Part shown: in pieces, positions 50,601-60,934 of the stretch
How positions within the stretch are numbered: position 1 is the first letter of the stretch
How the letters are laid out: each line of letters begins with the position of its first letter
Origin: Pyrinomonadaceae bacterium
GTDB lineage: Bacteria; Acidobacteriota; Blastocatellia; Pyrinomonadales; Pyrinomonadaceae
Direction: 5' to 3'
Assembly: GCA_046313635.1 (NCBI GenBank)
Contig: JBKBYA010000004.1
Coordinates: 128,001 to 192,000, forward strand
Length of the DNA stretch: 64,000 bases
The notes under the pieces: model-generated
What the model was told of the DNA's origin: nothing
Database searches by the model: none
The model's input: only the letters and a program-made list of their open reading frames with translations
Made by a program: the position numbers and the translations under genes

Positions 50601-51453
50601 CAACAACATCTTTATCCACCCGCAGTACGCCACGTTCGCTGCGTATTCCACCGCGGGCGATTCGGTTTATAACGCTTTGCAGCTCAGCTTCCGCAAGCGT
50701 TTTGAGGAGGGACTTTCGTTCGACGTAAACTACACGTACTCGCACTCGATCGACACGGCGTCGGGCAACGAGTCCTCGGGTGCTATCTCGTCGGGGGCAT
50801 CGCTTATCCTGAATCCGCTGAATCTCCAGGAGAATCGCGGAAGTTCGGACTTTGACGTTCGCCACTTGATCAACGCGAATTTCATCTACGAGCTTCCGTT
50901 CGGCAAAGGCCGGCGATTTTTCAGCGGAGCGAACCGCTGGGCCAACTTCTTTATCGGAGGATGGCAGCTGACCGGTATCTATCGCTGGAACACCGGCTTT
51001 CCGATCGGTGAGCCGTTTGACGACTCCCGTTGGGCGACCAACTGGAATGTACAGTCCAACGGCGTTCGAATACGGCCGCTCGAGAGCTCGCCGACGAAGA
51101 ATGGCGTGAACGGCTTGCCGAACATTTTCAGCGACCCGACCTACGCCTACCAGTCGTTCCGCAATGCCTATCCGGGTGAGGCGGGCGACCGAAATTACCT
51201 CCGTGAACCTAATTACGTGACCTTCGATGCAGGGGTCTACAAGAGCTTCGGCATCACGGAAAAGCAAAAGATCACATTCCGGTTGGAGGTATTTAACGTA
51301 ACTAACACCCAGCGGCTGACCTCGGTGGCCAGCTTCGGAATGCGGCTCGATCCGTATCTCCCCGCCAGCCGGCCGCAATCGAACTTTGGCCAGCTTACCG
51401 CGATACAGGGTGAGCCCCGGGTCGTGCAGTTCGCCCTGCGGTACGACTTCTAG
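47659..51453 (+). CDS. Oar-like TonB-dependent receptor with carboxypeptidase regulatory-like domain
   Basis: AGGAGGAG RBS then MRFTNRR signal peptide; GTVADPQG; LQEFRVTT.NAGAEFGRSSG; DWNNFAP; C-terminal PRVVQFALRYDF. Confidence 0.92.
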   Translation: MRFTNRRIAVFLTALCLLTALATSIAAQTGTSSIRGTVADPQGNIVAGASVTLTSTTKAFTRTQVTNSDGLYVFTAVPPDTYSISVEASGFKKAVVSDVQALVDTPKTVDIAMEVGQVTETVTVSGAGEAPINTTDASLGNTFTSQQVIQLPLSARNTPDLLSLQPGVAPDGAVNGGRSDQANVTLDGVDVNEQQGGRAFFSVLRVTPEALQEFRVTTTNAGAEFGRSSGAQVSLITRSGSNNFNGSLYLYYRPKTWLQANDFFNNLAGVPVTPRERRNYGGSFLGPIKKDKLFFSFFYERFEENTAVGVTREVPLPSLGQGLVKYIVSGAIPAGPCQPTVSGNVATLTAAQINTCYSAVNGVAPGVNPAALALLATAAQRYPANSTGAGDGLNTSGFRFNAPTPKRWNSATTRIDWKPTGSQEVFARYQYQFDNDQNAARFPDTPAPKTWKHPQGLAAGHTWTINSKMVNKFTYGLTRDAFTVGGDSTQNFFSFRFIFQPFNYSRTLSRVTPVHNFADDFSWVIGNHTISAGANVRLISNQRTSFGASFDTATTNPSFYDCSGDVVLFDADTCSSSIFPSVAAGSQTDLRDALTAVIGRFSQYGVNLQYAKSGSLQAPGTGVARNFKTEEYEWYVQDAWKMFPNLQVNYGLRWSTSTPVYEANGVQVKPTSSLSDFFDRRVAGMESAQPYNALISVDLAGKANNRSGYYSQDWNNFAPAVSAAWSPNFKNRFLKTIFGDNNKSVIRGGFRMTYDRIGSALAVAFDLNSTLGYSSSKSVSANTYNVSDRLGPLFTGLGQNYRTLPNITIPPTISFPLQTPPDEDLRIEQSLDDKLTTPYHYNWNVSYGRELWKGIAVEASYVGSLGRKLLVSRDVAHFNNLKDPTSGQTFYSVMRQLLDYRAVNTPITAIPNIAWFNRFVPGLAGTYNVCGVATPLTATQAAYRRVARATVNSAGATCLGGRNTNDYTFVQLLWDDGLGFGNNIFIHPQYATFAAYSTAGDSVYNALQLSFRKRFEEGLSFDVNYTYSHSIDTASGNESSGAISSGASLILNPLNLQENRGSSDFDVRHLINANFIYELPFGKGRRFFSGANRWANFFIGGWQLTGIYRWNTGFPIGEPFDDSRWATNWNVQSNGVRIRPLESSPTKNGVNGLPNIFSDPTYAYQSFRNAYPGEAGDRNYLREPNYVTFDAGVYKSFGITEKQKITFRLEVFNVTNTQRLTSVASFGMRLDPYLPASRPQSNFGQLTAIQGEPRVVQFALRYDF

Positions 51454-51476
51454 TCTGCCGTAGGCATCTCGAGGCA

Positions 51477-51508
51477 CAAAAGGCTGTCCGAAAAGGGCAG
51501 CCTTTTGC
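51477..51508 (+). terminator. Intrinsic terminator after the Oar-like receptor gene
   Basis: caaaaggctgtcc-gaaa-agggcagccttttg hairpin with GAAA loop. Confidence 0.75.
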
Positions 51509-51620
51509 ATTTGGCTCGGCCTCCGCCGGGTCTTGCGGCACAGCCGCGTCCAGCCAAATGATCAAGAGGCCGTCTTTCGAGACAGCCTCATTTTGCCGAT
51601 ATCGTTAACAGCGATTTGGA

Positions 51621-52277
51621 TCACCTGGCGGCGAAGGCGTCGTTGCCGGTGATCTGGCTGAGATGGCGTGTGTCGTTGAGTGCGATGAGCCTCACGTTGC
51701 GGCGGCCGCGGATCTCAAATCGGTTTATGCCGCAGTTTGAGGTGACGATCCACGGAGCGTGCCTCGTATTTCGCCGCACGGCGCCCAAAAGGTAAAGCGA
51801 CAAAAAGCAAAGCACGCCGGTGTGCGAGTAGATCGCGACCCGCTCGCCGCGGTGGAGGCGGACGATCTCGTTCAGCTTTGCGCTGCTGCGGTCGAGCAGC
51901 TGGCGGTAGCTCTCGCCGCCGGTGATGACGTGATTCACCTTGCGATTGACGAGAGCGTAAAAGTCCTCGGGATGATTGTTCTTCGACTCGTCAAAGGTTA
52001 GCCCCTCAAGCACGCCGACGTGACGCTCGCGAAAGGCCTCGTCCGTGACGACCGGGATCCCGGTCTTCCGCGACAGCGGCTCGGCGGTCTCGACCGCGCG
52101 CAGGAGGTCGCTGGAGTAGATGGCGTCGACGCCCTCGCGCGCCAGCACTTCGGCGGTGATCTCGGCCTGCTGCCGCCCGAGCTCGGAGAGCGGCGTCGGC
52201 CCATGCCCGCCAAACCGCCCCTCGGCGTTGCCTGCAGACTGGCCGTGTCTGATCAAGAATAATTTCGTTACGGGCAA
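51621..52277 (-). CDS. Histidine phosphatase (phosphoglycerate mutase) family protein
   Basis: LIRHGQS, YSSDLLRA.ETA, GGES, SHTG, LNDTRHL. Confidence 0.92.
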   Translation of the reverse strand: MPVTKLFLIRHGQSAGNAEGRFGGHGPTPLSELGRQQAEITAEVLAREGVDAIYSSDLLRAVETAEPLSRKTGIPVVTDEAFRERHVGVLEGLTFDESKNNHPEDFYALVNRKVNHVITGGESYRQLLDRSSAKLNEIVRLHRGERVAIYSHTGVLCFLSLYLLGAVRRNTRHAPWIVTSNCGINRFEIRGRRNVRLIALNDTRHLSQITGNDAFAAR

Positions 52278-52732
52278 ACCTAATCCTCCGCCGATACAGA
52301 CCGCAGCAATTCAATGACAGCCGACTCCAGCGGGACGATCTTGTTTTCGACTATGTCCCAAATCACTTCAAGATCCACTTTGAACTAATCATCAATTATG
52401 ATGTCGCGAAAACGGGCGATCTGCTTCCAGGAAATATCGGGCCTGCGACTGAGCGTTTCGGACGGGATCGACTTAATTGCTTCTCCGATGATCTCTAGAT
52501 TTCGTACGACTGCGTCTACGGTCCTTCAATCGGTCGAGAATTCCTCAAACGCCATGACGTCTGTGTAATCGCGTACGTTGCGGCAGCTTTCGACGAGGAC
52601 GTCGACATCGCTTGCCTTGCCATGCTCGCCGCGGATCACCGATCCAAAGACGCCGATCTCGCGCACGCCGAATTCCTTTAACCGCGAACGGTTGGACTCG
52701 AGGAGGTCGAAGATGTCGGCACTCGATTTCAT
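52274..52732 (-). pseudogene. Decayed MNT nucleotidyltransferase / HEPN (DUF86) toxin-antitoxin pair
   Basis: The MNT N-terminus (FGVREIGVFGSVIRGEHGKASDVDVLVE) runs directly into DUF86-like sequence (YTDVMAFEEF). A shifted frame then gives RTVDAVVRNLEIIGEAIKSIP...SWKQIARFRDIII followed by an in-frame stop and FKVDLEVIWDIVENKI. Confidence 0.85.
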
Positions 52733-52741
52733 ATCCTGCCA

Positions 52742-53818
52742 CTACGCCGTAACCGCTTCAGCCTTTAATTTCTCGGTCTGGTAGTGCGTCCGCAAAGCGT
52801 CGATGAACTGGTCGAGGTCGCCCTCCATGACCTGATCGAGCTGGTAGACCGTGAGGCCGATGCGGTGGTCGGTGACGCGGTTCTCTTTGAAGTTATAAGT
52901 CCGGATCTTTTCCGAACGGTCGCCGGAGCCGACCATCGATTTGCGTTCGGCTGACAGAGCGTCGTGCTGCTTTTGCTCCTCGATCTCCTGCAGCCGGGCG
53001 CGGAGCACGCGCATCGCTTTTTCGCGATTCTTGATCTGCGACTTCTCGTCCTGCATCGAGACTACGACGCCGGTCGGCAGGTGCGTGATGCGAACGGCTG
53101 AGTACGTCGTGTTGACCGACTGGCCGCCGGGGCCAGACGAGCAGAAAGTGTCGATGCGAAGGTCGTTCTGGTTGATCTGCACGTCGACCTCCTCGGCCTC
53201 GGGCAGCACGGCGACGGTGATCGCCGACGTGTGGATGCGGCCTTGAGTCTCGGTCTGCGGCACGCGCTGTACGCGGTGGACTCCCGACTCGTAGCGCAGC
53301 TTAGAATAGACGTTGTCGCCCTCGATCATCGCGATCGCTTCCTTGATGCCGCCTACGCCCGTGTCTGATGCGTCCATTATCTCCATCTTCCAGCCCTGTC
53401 GCTCGGCGTAGCGGGCGTACATTCGCAGGACTTCCGCCGCGAAGAGCGTTGCCTCATCGCCGCCGGTGCCGGCTCGAATCTCGAGGATGACGTTCTTTTC
53501 GTCGTTGGGGTCTTTAGGCAGCAGCAGCACCTTGAGCTCCTCTTCGGCGATCGGAAGCCTCGCCTCGATGTCGAGGATCTCGTCCTCGGCCATCTGGCGC
53601 ATATCGTCGTCGTCGGCAAGGTCGGCCATCTCGCGCGCCCCGGCGAGGTCGGCGCGCATCTTTTTGACCTCGCGATATTTTTCGACGATCTCACCGAGCG
53701 AGCGGTGCTGCTTCATCAGCTTTGCGTACTGCTTCATATCCGACACGATCTCGGGCGACGAGATCTGTGCGGTGAGCTCTTCGTAATTCTTTTCGATCTG
53801 TTCCAGTTTTTCGAACAT
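52742..53818 (-). CDS. prfA: Peptide chain release factor 1
   Basis: [36 protein letters not shown]. Confidence 0.97.
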   Translation of the reverse strand: MFEKLEQIEKNYEELTAQISSPEIVSDMKQYAKLMKQHRSLGEIVEKYREVKKMRADLAGAREMADLADDDDMRQMAEDEILDIEARLPIAEEELKVLLLPKDPNDEKNVILEIRAGTGGDEATLFAAEVLRMYARYAERQGWKMEIMDASDTGVGGIKEAIAMIEGDNVYSKLRYESGVHRVQRVPQTETQGRIHTSAITVAVLPEAEEVDVQINQNDLRIDTFCSSGPGGQSVNTTYSAVRITHLPTGVVVSMQDEKSQIKNREKAMRVLRARLQEIEEQKQHDALSAERKSMVGSGDRSEKIRTYNFKENRVTDHRIGLTVYQLDQVMEGDLDQFIDALRTHYQTEKLKAEAVTA

Positions 53819-53844
53819 GTGTTTTAGTTGTCAGTGGCCGGTGG

Positions 53845-55023
53845 TCAGGTGGTGACTGCACACTGACTGCCGACGGTTTCTGCCGGCTCGAGCTTGAGCG
53901 ATTCTTCTAATGCGACGATCGCAACTTCCAACTGCTCGGCGTCGGGCTCCTGTGTTGTGATGTTCTGCAGCCAGAGGCCGGGCAGGGTCATCAGCTTAAA
54001 GATCGCGCCGGATTCTTTCTTCGCGGCATAGCGGATGACCTCGTAAGAGATGCCCGCGACGAGCGGCATCAGAGCGATGCGAACGACGAGATTCAGCCAG
54101 AACGCCTCAAATTTGATCACCGAAAACAGCACGATCGCCACGAGCATCACGACCATCAGGAACGACGTCCCGCACCGCGGATGCTGCCGACGCTGACCGG
54201 CGGCGTTAGAGGGCGTGAGCGCAAGGCCCTTTTCCCAGGTAAAGACCGTCTTGTGCTCAGCGCCGTGATATTCAAAGACGCGGCGGATGTCCTTGAGGTA
54301 TGACATCGAGACGATCATTACGACAAAAAAGAACATCCTGATCAGCCCGTCGATCAGATTGAAGGCGACCCACGAATGCGGCTTCGTCTCCCAGACGTAG
54401 CTCTTGATCGTCGCCGGCCAGCCTGCGTCCGATGCCAACGCCGGAGCGTCGGCCCAGCCAAAATAGATGAAGAGCAGATTGGTCAACACGAGCGGCGCGA
54501 CGATAAAAAGCAGCACGTTAAAGAGCAGAGCGAAAACGATCGAGCCCGCGGCCGCCGCTACCGATGCCGCCGAACGCTTTTCCTCTGACCTGTTGGGCAT
54601 GACGACGGTCGCGCGGGCCTTGGTAAACGCCTCGTCGGTCGTGCCCTCGACAAGCGCGCGTCGATCGGCGAGCGACGGTTCGCCGACAAGCTGCTCCTGC
54701 GCTTTTTGGTCCTCTTCAAAGACGCGGGCAGAGAAGTTGAGAGCCTTGATGCCGAGGGCCATCGACTGAATGAGCGTCGCACCGCCGCGAAGCACGGGCC
54801 AGCCGAGCCATTTGTACTTGTCGCTGAGACGCGGCAGAGCTTCGGCGGTGTGAACGATCGTTCCATCCGATCTTTTTCGGCACGCGATCGCGTAGGCCGA
54901 GGGCGTGCGCATCATTACGCCCTCCATCACGGCCTGACCGCCCACGATCAGGTCGCGCTCGAGGGCGAAGAGCAGATGAAGGAACCTCGTTAATTTTCGC
55001 GTCGATAGATATCGCATGATCAT
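53845..55023 (-). CDS. DUF1385 domain membrane protein
   Basis: [29 protein letters not shown]; typical rpmE-DUF1385-prfA context. Confidence 0.92.
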   Translation of the reverse strand: MIMRYLSTRKLTRFLHLLFALERDLIVGGQAVMEGVMMRTPSAYAIACRKRSDGTIVHTAEALPRLSDKYKWLGWPVLRGGATLIQSMALGIKALNFSARVFEEDQKAQEQLVGEPSLADRRALVEGTTDEAFTKARATVVMPNRSEEKRSAASVAAAAGSIVFALLFNVLLFIVAPLVLTNLLFIYFGWADAPALASDAGWPATIKSYVWETKPHSWVAFNLIDGLIRMFFFVVMIVSMSYLKDIRRVFEYHGAEHKTVFTWEKGLALTPSNAAGQRRQHPRCGTSFLMVVMLVAIVLFSVIKFEAFWLNLVVRIALMPLVAGISYEVIRYAAKKESGAIFKLMTLPGLWLQNITTQEPDAEQLEVAIVALEESLKLEPAETVGSQCAVTT

Positions 55024-55580
55024 CAGCCTGCCGCGCCAATTGAATCGTCGTTTCTGCGGCCGCCCTTCTTTTCCTTTGCGTCGTCTTCGGTCAAAAAACT
55101 AAAGCGCCCGTTGCTCTCGAGATAACACTCTCTTACCTTTTTACGATCCTCGATCCCCTGCAGGCGGAGCTGGCTCTCCAACTCATCTTCGGTGATCATT
55201 TCGCGTCGCAGGTTGCGTCCGATGACGCGGCCGTTCTTGATCAGCAGAAGCGGCTTGGGCGAAATGAGCCTTTCGAAGAGCGGTGACCGATAACCCATCC
55301 AATCGAATGCCCAGTCCCATACGACGATCGTCGAGATCAGCAGCAGAGCCTCGGTGATCGACCTCGAATCGCCGGCCATCCCGTTCTGCGCCGCGTCGGC
55401 TATGACGACGACGACGAGCAGGTCGGCGATGCCGACGGTGCCCGCCTGCCGCCGGAAGATCCGGAGCAGAACGAACATCCCCATATACATGATCGTACCG
55501 CGGAGCAGTATCTCGAGCACCGACTCGGTCGGTACGAACATCGACTGCCAATCGATCTTGAATAACAGGTCCACGGTCAA
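55023..55580 (-). CDS. DUF421 (YetF-like) membrane protein
   Basis: Three TM segments, then PLLLIKNG...LRLQGI...YLESNGRFS. Confidence 0.88.
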   Translation of the reverse strand: MTVDLLFKIDWQSMFVPTESVLEILLRGTIMYMGMFVLLRIFRRQAGTVGIADLLVVVVIADAAQNGMAGDSRSITEALLLISTIVVWDWAFDWMGYRSPLFERLISPKPLLLIKNGRVIGRNLRREMITEDELESQLRLQGIEDRKKVRECYLESNGRFSFLTEDDAKEKKGGRRNDDSIGAAG

Positions 55581-55752
55581 AAAACTTAACGCCGAGCTTT
55601 TTGACCTGTCTCGGGTGCGGCCGCCTGCGGCTATACACCTTTATCGAGCGGCGCCAAAAAGCGTCGGCGTTGGATTTTAAGAAGCTAGTGCTGGTACGAG
55701 ACCGCTTTCACTAAATTCGAGGCGCGGCCCCAAAGCGGGCCGTCGCGTCAGA

Positions 55753-55968
55753 TCACTTTTGCTGTCCGGCCCTCGCGTAGCGCTTGTTAAAGCGATCGAC
55801 GCGGCCAGCCGTATCGACGAGCTTCTGTTTGCCCGTGAAGAACGGATGGCAGTCGGAGCAGATCTCGACGTGGAGATCTTCTTTCATCGTAGAGCGCGTC
55901 TTGAACGAATTGCCGCAGGCACAGACGACGCTGATCTCCTGATAATTCGGATGAATACCTTCTTTCAT
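55753..55968 (-). CDS. rpmE: 50S ribosomal protein L31 (zinc-binding type)
   Basis: MKEGIHPNY...CACG...[13 protein letters not shown]...GRVDRF. Confidence 0.97.
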   Translation of the reverse strand: MKEGIHPNYQEISVVCACGNSFKTRSTMKEDLHVEICSDCHPFFTGKQKLVDTAGRVDRFNKRYARAGQQK

Positions 55969-56109
55969 TGCTATAGTCCTCAATTCCTGACCAAGGTCAA
56001 ACCGAAATGATACGCGTCCGGTCCGTGTCTGGTCAAGGAGTTGTACGATGCGGGCCCGCGGACCGGCGTTTGCGGCCGCTGCGGGCAAACCTCTCCGGGC
56101 TAGGCGCTT

Positions 56110-57303
56110 TCAGGCGGACGCTCGGGCATTCAGCGGCCGGAGCAGGTCGACCAGGCGCTGGTGCTCGACGCCGTAAAAACGCATAAGCTCGTCGATCTCG
56201 GCATCGAGCTTAGCTGCCGCCGAGGTTCTCGCGCGGCCGCGCGTGCCGATGATCATCAGGTTCTTGGGCGTGTGCTCGGTCGCCACAAAATCGATCAGCG
56301 TCGTCGAATAGCCGCTCCGCTCGAGCATCAACGTCCGGAGCGAATCGGTGACGAATTCGGTCGTTCGCTCGAGCATCACGCCGTGCTTCAAAACGTCTGC
56401 GAGCATCGCCGGCGGTTTGATCCGGCCGCGGAGCTCATGCTGGCAGCACGGCGCGACGATCACAATGCCCGCACCGGCGGCGATCCCCTTAAAGATCGCG
56501 TCGTCGGTCGCGGTGTCGCAGGCGTGCAGGGCGACGAGAATGTCGATGCCCGCTGCGTCAAAGCTGTCGATCGTCCCGTCGATGAAATGCAGGCCGTCGA
56601 GCCCGCCGGCCGCCGCGATCTCGTTTGAGGCGAGCACGAGATCGTGTCGCATCTCGACGCCGGTCATTTCGACCTTGATACCTCGGACCGACGTCAGATA
56701 GTCGTATGCCGCAAAGGTGAGATATCCCTTACCGGCTCCCATATCGGCGACCGCGAGCCTGTCACGGCCGGCAAGATCCGACCTGTCGATCTGTCTCGAA
56801 AGTATCTCGACAAAACGATTTATCTGCCGCCATTTGTCCTGCTGGCGGTCGCGGACCTGGCCGGCGTCGTTGGTGACGCCGAGCGCCTTAAGGTAATAGG
56901 CGTTCGGGTCGATGAGACGCTTTTTTTCGCGGTCGTGCCTGAGCGAAGGCGGCGACTTGAAGCTCGGCTTCCCGACGTTCAATCGCGAACGGCCGTTCTT
57001 GCCGACCTCAAGCTGATGGTCGTTCTCGGTCGTGAAAAGATGGGCGCTCTTAAAGCCCGAGGCGAGCAGGTCGGCGATCATCGCGGGCCCCTCTGCAAAC
57101 TCGTGGTTCTTTGCGGTGTCGCGGGTCCTGCCGCGATATAGGAAAAAGAGCCTGACGCCGCGCTTGGTCTCGATCAGCCGGACCTGTAGTTTTTGCAGGT
57201 CGCTGTCGCCGCCCTTATAATTGCCTAAAGTCAGCTTTACAAAGGTTCGCTTTTCAAGGCTCCGTTTGAATTCGGCGATGAATTTGTCGATGTTTTCAGA
57301 CAT
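56110..57303 (-). CDS. SAM-dependent methyltransferase (Methyltransf_32-like)
   Basis: DKWRQINRF, DMGAGKGYLTF, ALHACDTATD, APCC, HTPKN; probable start MSENID at 57303. Confidence 0.85.
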   Translation of the reverse strand: MSENIDKFIAEFKRSLEKRTFVKLTLGNYKGGDSDLQKLQVRLIETKRGVRLFFLYRGRTRDTAKNHEFAEGPAMIADLLASGFKSAHLFTTENDHQLEVGKNGRSRLNVGKPSFKSPPSLRHDREKKRLIDPNAYYLKALGVTNDAGQVRDRQQDKWRQINRFVEILSRQIDRSDLAGRDRLAVADMGAGKGYLTFAAYDYLTSVRGIKVEMTGVEMRHDLVLASNEIAAAGGLDGLHFIDGTIDSFDAAGIDILVALHACDTATDDAIFKGIAAGAGIVIVAPCCQHELRGRIKPPAMLADVLKHGVMLERTTEFVTDSLRTLMLERSGYSTTLIDFVATEHTPKNLMIIGTRGRARTSAAAKLDAEIDELMRFYGVEHQRLVDLLRPLNARASA

Positions 57304-57374
57304 TGGGCAAGGCCGGACCGCCTGGACAAGAGTATCGCCTAAACTTACGGACGCGGCCAAACGGCGTTTCTGAT

Positions 57375-57845
57375 ATGGATGACAAGTACTTTATCGAAGC
57401 GGTCGCCTATCTCTTGCGGGAGACCTTTGAAGGCTCGCCCGAGGGGCAGCCGAGCGCGTATCTCGATCGCGGCGTCGGACTCTTTGACACGCTCGACTCG
57501 CTTACTGCCGAGCAGGTCTCGCGACCGGTGGCGGGCACGACGATCGCCGCTCAGACCGAGCATGCGAAATTCTATATTGATCGCCTTTGCGAGTTCATAT
57601 CGGGTCGCACCGAGCGTGTCAACTGGGAAGACAGCTGGCTGATCGAGACCGTGACCGACGATGAATGGGACGCCCTGCGAGCGACGGTCCGCAAGGCATA
57701 CGAAAATGCTCTGAAGTGTCTCGCGGCGACGCCGGAATGGGACCTCACGCGGTCGGGAATGGCGATCGGTCTGGTGGCGCACACGGCATATCATCTCGGC
57801 TCTGTCCGCCAGCTCGCAAAGCTGGTCAAGCAACAAAATGACTAA
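57375..57845 (+). CDS. DinB-like four-helix protein
   Basis: TIAAQTEH and C-terminal [11 protein letters not shown] motifs; probable start MDDKYF. Confidence 0.75.
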   Translation: MDDKYFIEAVAYLLRETFEGSPEGQPSAYLDRGVGLFDTLDSLTAEQVSRPVAGTTIAAQTEHAKFYIDRLCEFISGRTERVNWEDSWLIETVTDDEWDALRATVRKAYENALKCLAATPEWDLTRSGMAIGLVAHTAYHLGSVRQLAKLVKQQND

Positions 57846-58254
57846 CCTTTTTCATCTCGCCTTTCCGGTCCACGACCTCGACGCCGCACGCGAGTTTTAC
57901 GGCGGCGTCCTCGGCTGCGAAGAGGGCCGCTCCTCCGACCGCTGGATCGACTTTAGTCTTTTTGGTCACCAGATCGTCGCTCATCTCGCGCCGGGGGCGG
58001 CGGGCAGCCGAGCCTCAAATCACGTAGATGCCGACGACGTCCCGGTGCCTCACTTCGGCATCGTGCTGCCGATGGACGAATGGCGGCAGCTCGCCGATCG
58101 ATTGCATGCTCGCGGGATCGAGTTCGTGATCGAGCCAAAGATCCGATTCGAAGGCCAAACCGGCGAGCAGGCGACAATGTTCTTTCTCGATCCGAGCGGC
58201 AACGCGCTCGAGTTCAAGGGATTCAACGACCTTTCGCAGGTCTTCGCCAAATGA
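57838..58254 (+). CDS. VOC family (glyoxalase/dioxygenase) protein
   Basis: [31 protein letters not shown]. Confidence 0.9.
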   Translation: MTNLFHLAFPVHDLDAAREFYGGVLGCEEGRSSDRWIDFSLFGHQIVAHLAPGAAGSRASNHVDADDVPVPHFGIVLPMDEWRQLADRLHARGIEFVIEPKIRFEGQTGEQATMFFLDPSGNALEFKGFNDLSQVFAK

Positions 58255-58336
58255 GGCCGAGTGCGGAGGGCCGCGTGGAAGCCTGCCGGCGAGAGGCTTT
58301 TGGCCGCGCTTCTCTCAGGCGTCCGGCTTGTGACCG

Positions 58337-59488
58337 ATGAGATCGGCTGACGTTGTCATAGTGGGCGGCGGCGTCGTCGGCGCGAGCGTCGCATATCACC
58401 TTACAGAGCGTGGCGTGAGAGACGTGCTGATCCTCGAGCGCGAGGCCGGGCAGGGAAGCGGCTCGACCGGCAAGGCGACGGGCGGCGTCCGCGCGCAGTT
58501 CGAGACCGACATCAATATCAGGCTGTCGCTCTACTCGATAGACTTTTTTCGCGAATGGGACCATGACTGCGGCTACGAGCCGCGCGGATATCTCTTTTTC
58601 GCGACGACCGACGAGCAGTTTGCCTACATCGAGCGCAACGTCCGCCGCCTGCGCGAACTCGGCGTCCGGGGAGTCGAGACGATCGACCGCGACGCGGTCC
58701 ACGAGATCGTGCCGGGGATGATCGTTGACGACATCGTCGGCGGCAGCTTCGGCGCGTCGGACGGCTTCATCGATCCGCTTGCCGTGATGCGCGGCTTCAC
58801 CGACGGAGCGCTTGCGCGGGGAGCTTCGATCCGGTTCGACAGCGAGGTGCGTTCGATCAACGTCGCCGCCGGGCGTGTGCGTTCGGTCTCGACGGCAGAG
58901 GGCGAGATCGAATGCGGCGCGGCCGTGGTCTGCGCCGGCGCGTGGGCCCGGCCGCTGGCGGCGACGGCCGGGATCGATCTGCCGGTCGAGCCGATGCGGC
59001 GACAGATCGTCTGGGCCCGCTCGTCGACGCCGCTGCCGCCAAAACTGCCGATGGTGATCGATCTCGGTTCGGGCTTTCACTTTCGCCCGGCGAAAGACTC
59101 CGATCGAGAGGCGCTCTTCGCTTATCCCGATCCCGACGAGCGTGCGTCGACCGACACCGAATTCGACGAGAGCTTCATCGCAAAGGTTTACAAACGTGCG
59201 CGGCTGCGGGCCCCGTTCCTCGCCGAGACCGAGGTGGTACGCGAACGCTGTCGGGCCGGGCTCTATGAAAATTCGCCCGACCATCACGCGATACTCGGCG
59301 GCTGCGAGGTCGCGGGCCTTTATTTTGCGGATGGTTTCAGCGGCCACGGCGTGATGCACTCGCCGGCGACAGGGCGGGCGTTGAGCGAGATCATTGTAGA
59401 CGGCCGGTCGTCGTTTCTCGATGTGTCTTGCCTCGGCATCGACAGATTTGCACGGGGCGAGCTGCTGCACGAGACAGCGTTCATTTGA
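58337..59488 (+). CDS. FAD-dependent oxidoreductase (sarcosine oxidase beta / DAO family)
   Basis: VIVGGGVVG, GSTGKATGG, GFSGHGVMHSP. Confidence 0.9.
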   Translation: MRSADVVIVGGGVVGASVAYHLTERGVRDVLILEREAGQGSGSTGKATGGVRAQFETDINIRLSLYSIDFFREWDHDCGYEPRGYLFFATTDEQFAYIERNVRRLRELGVRGVETIDRDAVHEIVPGMIVDDIVGGSFGASDGFIDPLAVMRGFTDGALARGASIRFDSEVRSINVAAGRVRSVSTAEGEIECGAAVVCAGAWARPLAATAGIDLPVEPMRRQIVWARSSTPLPPKLPMVIDLGSGFHFRPAKDSDREALFAYPDPDERASTDTEFDESFIAKVYKRARLRAPFLAETEVVRERCRAGLYENSPDHHAILGGCEVAGLYFADGFSGHGVMHSPATGRALSEIIVDGRSSFLDVSCLGIDRFARGELLHETAFI

Positions 59489-59539
59489 GTCAGAACCACC
59501 CGCTAACGCAGGCGGCTCTGACTTGGGTAAGATTGGTGT

Positions 59540-60484
59540 ATGGCGACCGCGATAATTCATCATCCCATTTACGAAAAGCACGACACCGGTCCCGGCCATC
59601 CCGAGACGCCGCGGCGCTACCGCGCCGTTATGGATGCGCTGAAGGCCGATGAGCGGCTGTGGGGCTCGATGGTCGAGATCGAACCGGAGCCGGCGTCGAA
59701 GGGCAGCATTCAGGCCGCGCACACGCCGCAGCACTTCAAGCGTGTCGAGTCGGCGATCGAGAGCGGCGCGATGCAGCTTGACGCGGACACGACCGTGTCG
59801 CTGAAGTCGTTTGACGCGGCGCTGCACGCGGCCGGCGGCGTCTGCCGGGCCGTCGATGCCGTGATGCAAGGCGAGGCAAAGAACGCGTTTGTCGCCGCCC
59901 GCCCGCCGGGCCATCACGCGACCGCCGAGCGGACGATGGGATTCTGCATATTCAACAACGTCGCCGTCGCCGCACGCTACGCGCAGAATCGCTACCGAGA
60001 GATCGAGCGCGTCGCGATCATCGACTGGGACGTTCATCACGGCAACGGCACGCAGGGCATCTTTTACGACGACCCGAGCGTATTCTTTTTTTCGATGCAC
60101 CAGTACCCTTGGTACCCGGGCACGGGCAGCCGCGGCGAGACGGGCCACGGCCGCGGCCTCGGTCACACGCTGAACGTGCCCGTAAAAGCAAACACGCCGG
60201 CCGTCCAGCAGCGTCGTGCATTCGAAGCGGCGATCGAGGAGATAGCTGCAAAGGTGCAGCCCGATCTGATCATCATCTCGGCCGGCTTTGACGCTCACGA
60301 CGGCGACCCGCTCGGGCAGCTCCGGCTCTCGGACGACGACTTTGCGGCGATGACGACGGTGGTCAAGCAGTGGGCGAACGAGGTCTGCGCAGGCCGCGTC
60401 GTCTCGGCGCTCGAGGGCGGATACAACCTCGAAACGCTCGGCGAGACTGTCCGCCGACACGTCGCCGAATTGGCTCGTCAGTAG
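59540..60484 (+). CDS. Histone deacetylase family protein (class II / acetylpolyamine amidohydrolase-like)
   Basis: HPETPRR, RPPGHHA, GFCIFNN, DWDVHHGNGTQ, SAGFDAH..DPLG, LEGGY. Confidence 0.93.
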   Translation: MATAIIHHPIYEKHDTGPGHPETPRRYRAVMDALKADERLWGSMVEIEPEPASKGSIQAAHTPQHFKRVESAIESGAMQLDADTTVSLKSFDAALHAAGGVCRAVDAVMQGEAKNAFVAARPPGHHATAERTMGFCIFNNVAVAARYAQNRYREIERVAIIDWDVHHGNGTQGIFYDDPSVFFFSMHQYPWYPGTGSRGETGHGRGLGHTLNVPVKANTPAVQQRRAFEAAIEEIAAKVQPDLIIISAGFDAHDGDPLGQLRLSDDDFAAMTTVVKQWANEVCAGRVVSALEGGYNLETLGETVRRHVAELARQ

Positions 60485-60562
60485 CTTTGCGGCGGCGGTC
60501 GCGCAGTGTGCTACACTCTATCGCAAACCCGCATTTCGACCAGTCCCAAAGGAGGTAGTTCA

Positions 60563-60847
60563 ATGCCGGACATTGAGATCCCGTGCGTTCAGTGCAAAGA
60601 GATCTTTCTCTTTACCGAAAAGGAGCAGGAGGTTTTTTACCAGCGCAATATGGTCGCTCCTCAGCGCTGCCCAAAGTGCCGCACAAAAAAGGCGGCCGCC
60701 GCCGTCGAGGGGACCGCTCCGCGTTTCGATATCGTCTGCGACCACTGCGGCCGGCACGATCAGGTGCCCTTTCAGCCCAAGCTTGGCCGGGCCATCCTCT
60801 GCCGAGAGTGCCACGGCGCGAGCAAGTCGCGGGCGCGCATCTCTTGA
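60563..60847 (+). CDS. Zinc-ribbon protein (zf-trcl domain plus CxxC-x17-CxxC domain)
   Basis: AAGGAGGT RBS; CVQC..F.F..KEQ.FY....PQRCPKC, then CDHC...VPFQP..GRAILCREC. Confidence 0.88.
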   Translation: MPDIEIPCVQCKEIFLFTEKEQEVFYQRNMVAPQRCPKCRTKKAAAAVEGTAPRFDIVCDHCGRHDQVPFQPKLGRAILCRECHGASKSRARIS

Positions 60848-60934
60848 CCGTCCGTGAAGGTCAGCCGACTCTTTATAACAGCTACCGACCTCTGAATGCC
60901 GCGCTGCGAGACGATCGTGCGGCTTTTTTCGTTT

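Noticed and set aside
58223..60460. 745-aa minus-strand ORF
   Set aside because: Antisense to the well-supported FAD oxidoreductase and deacetylase genes; no motifs.
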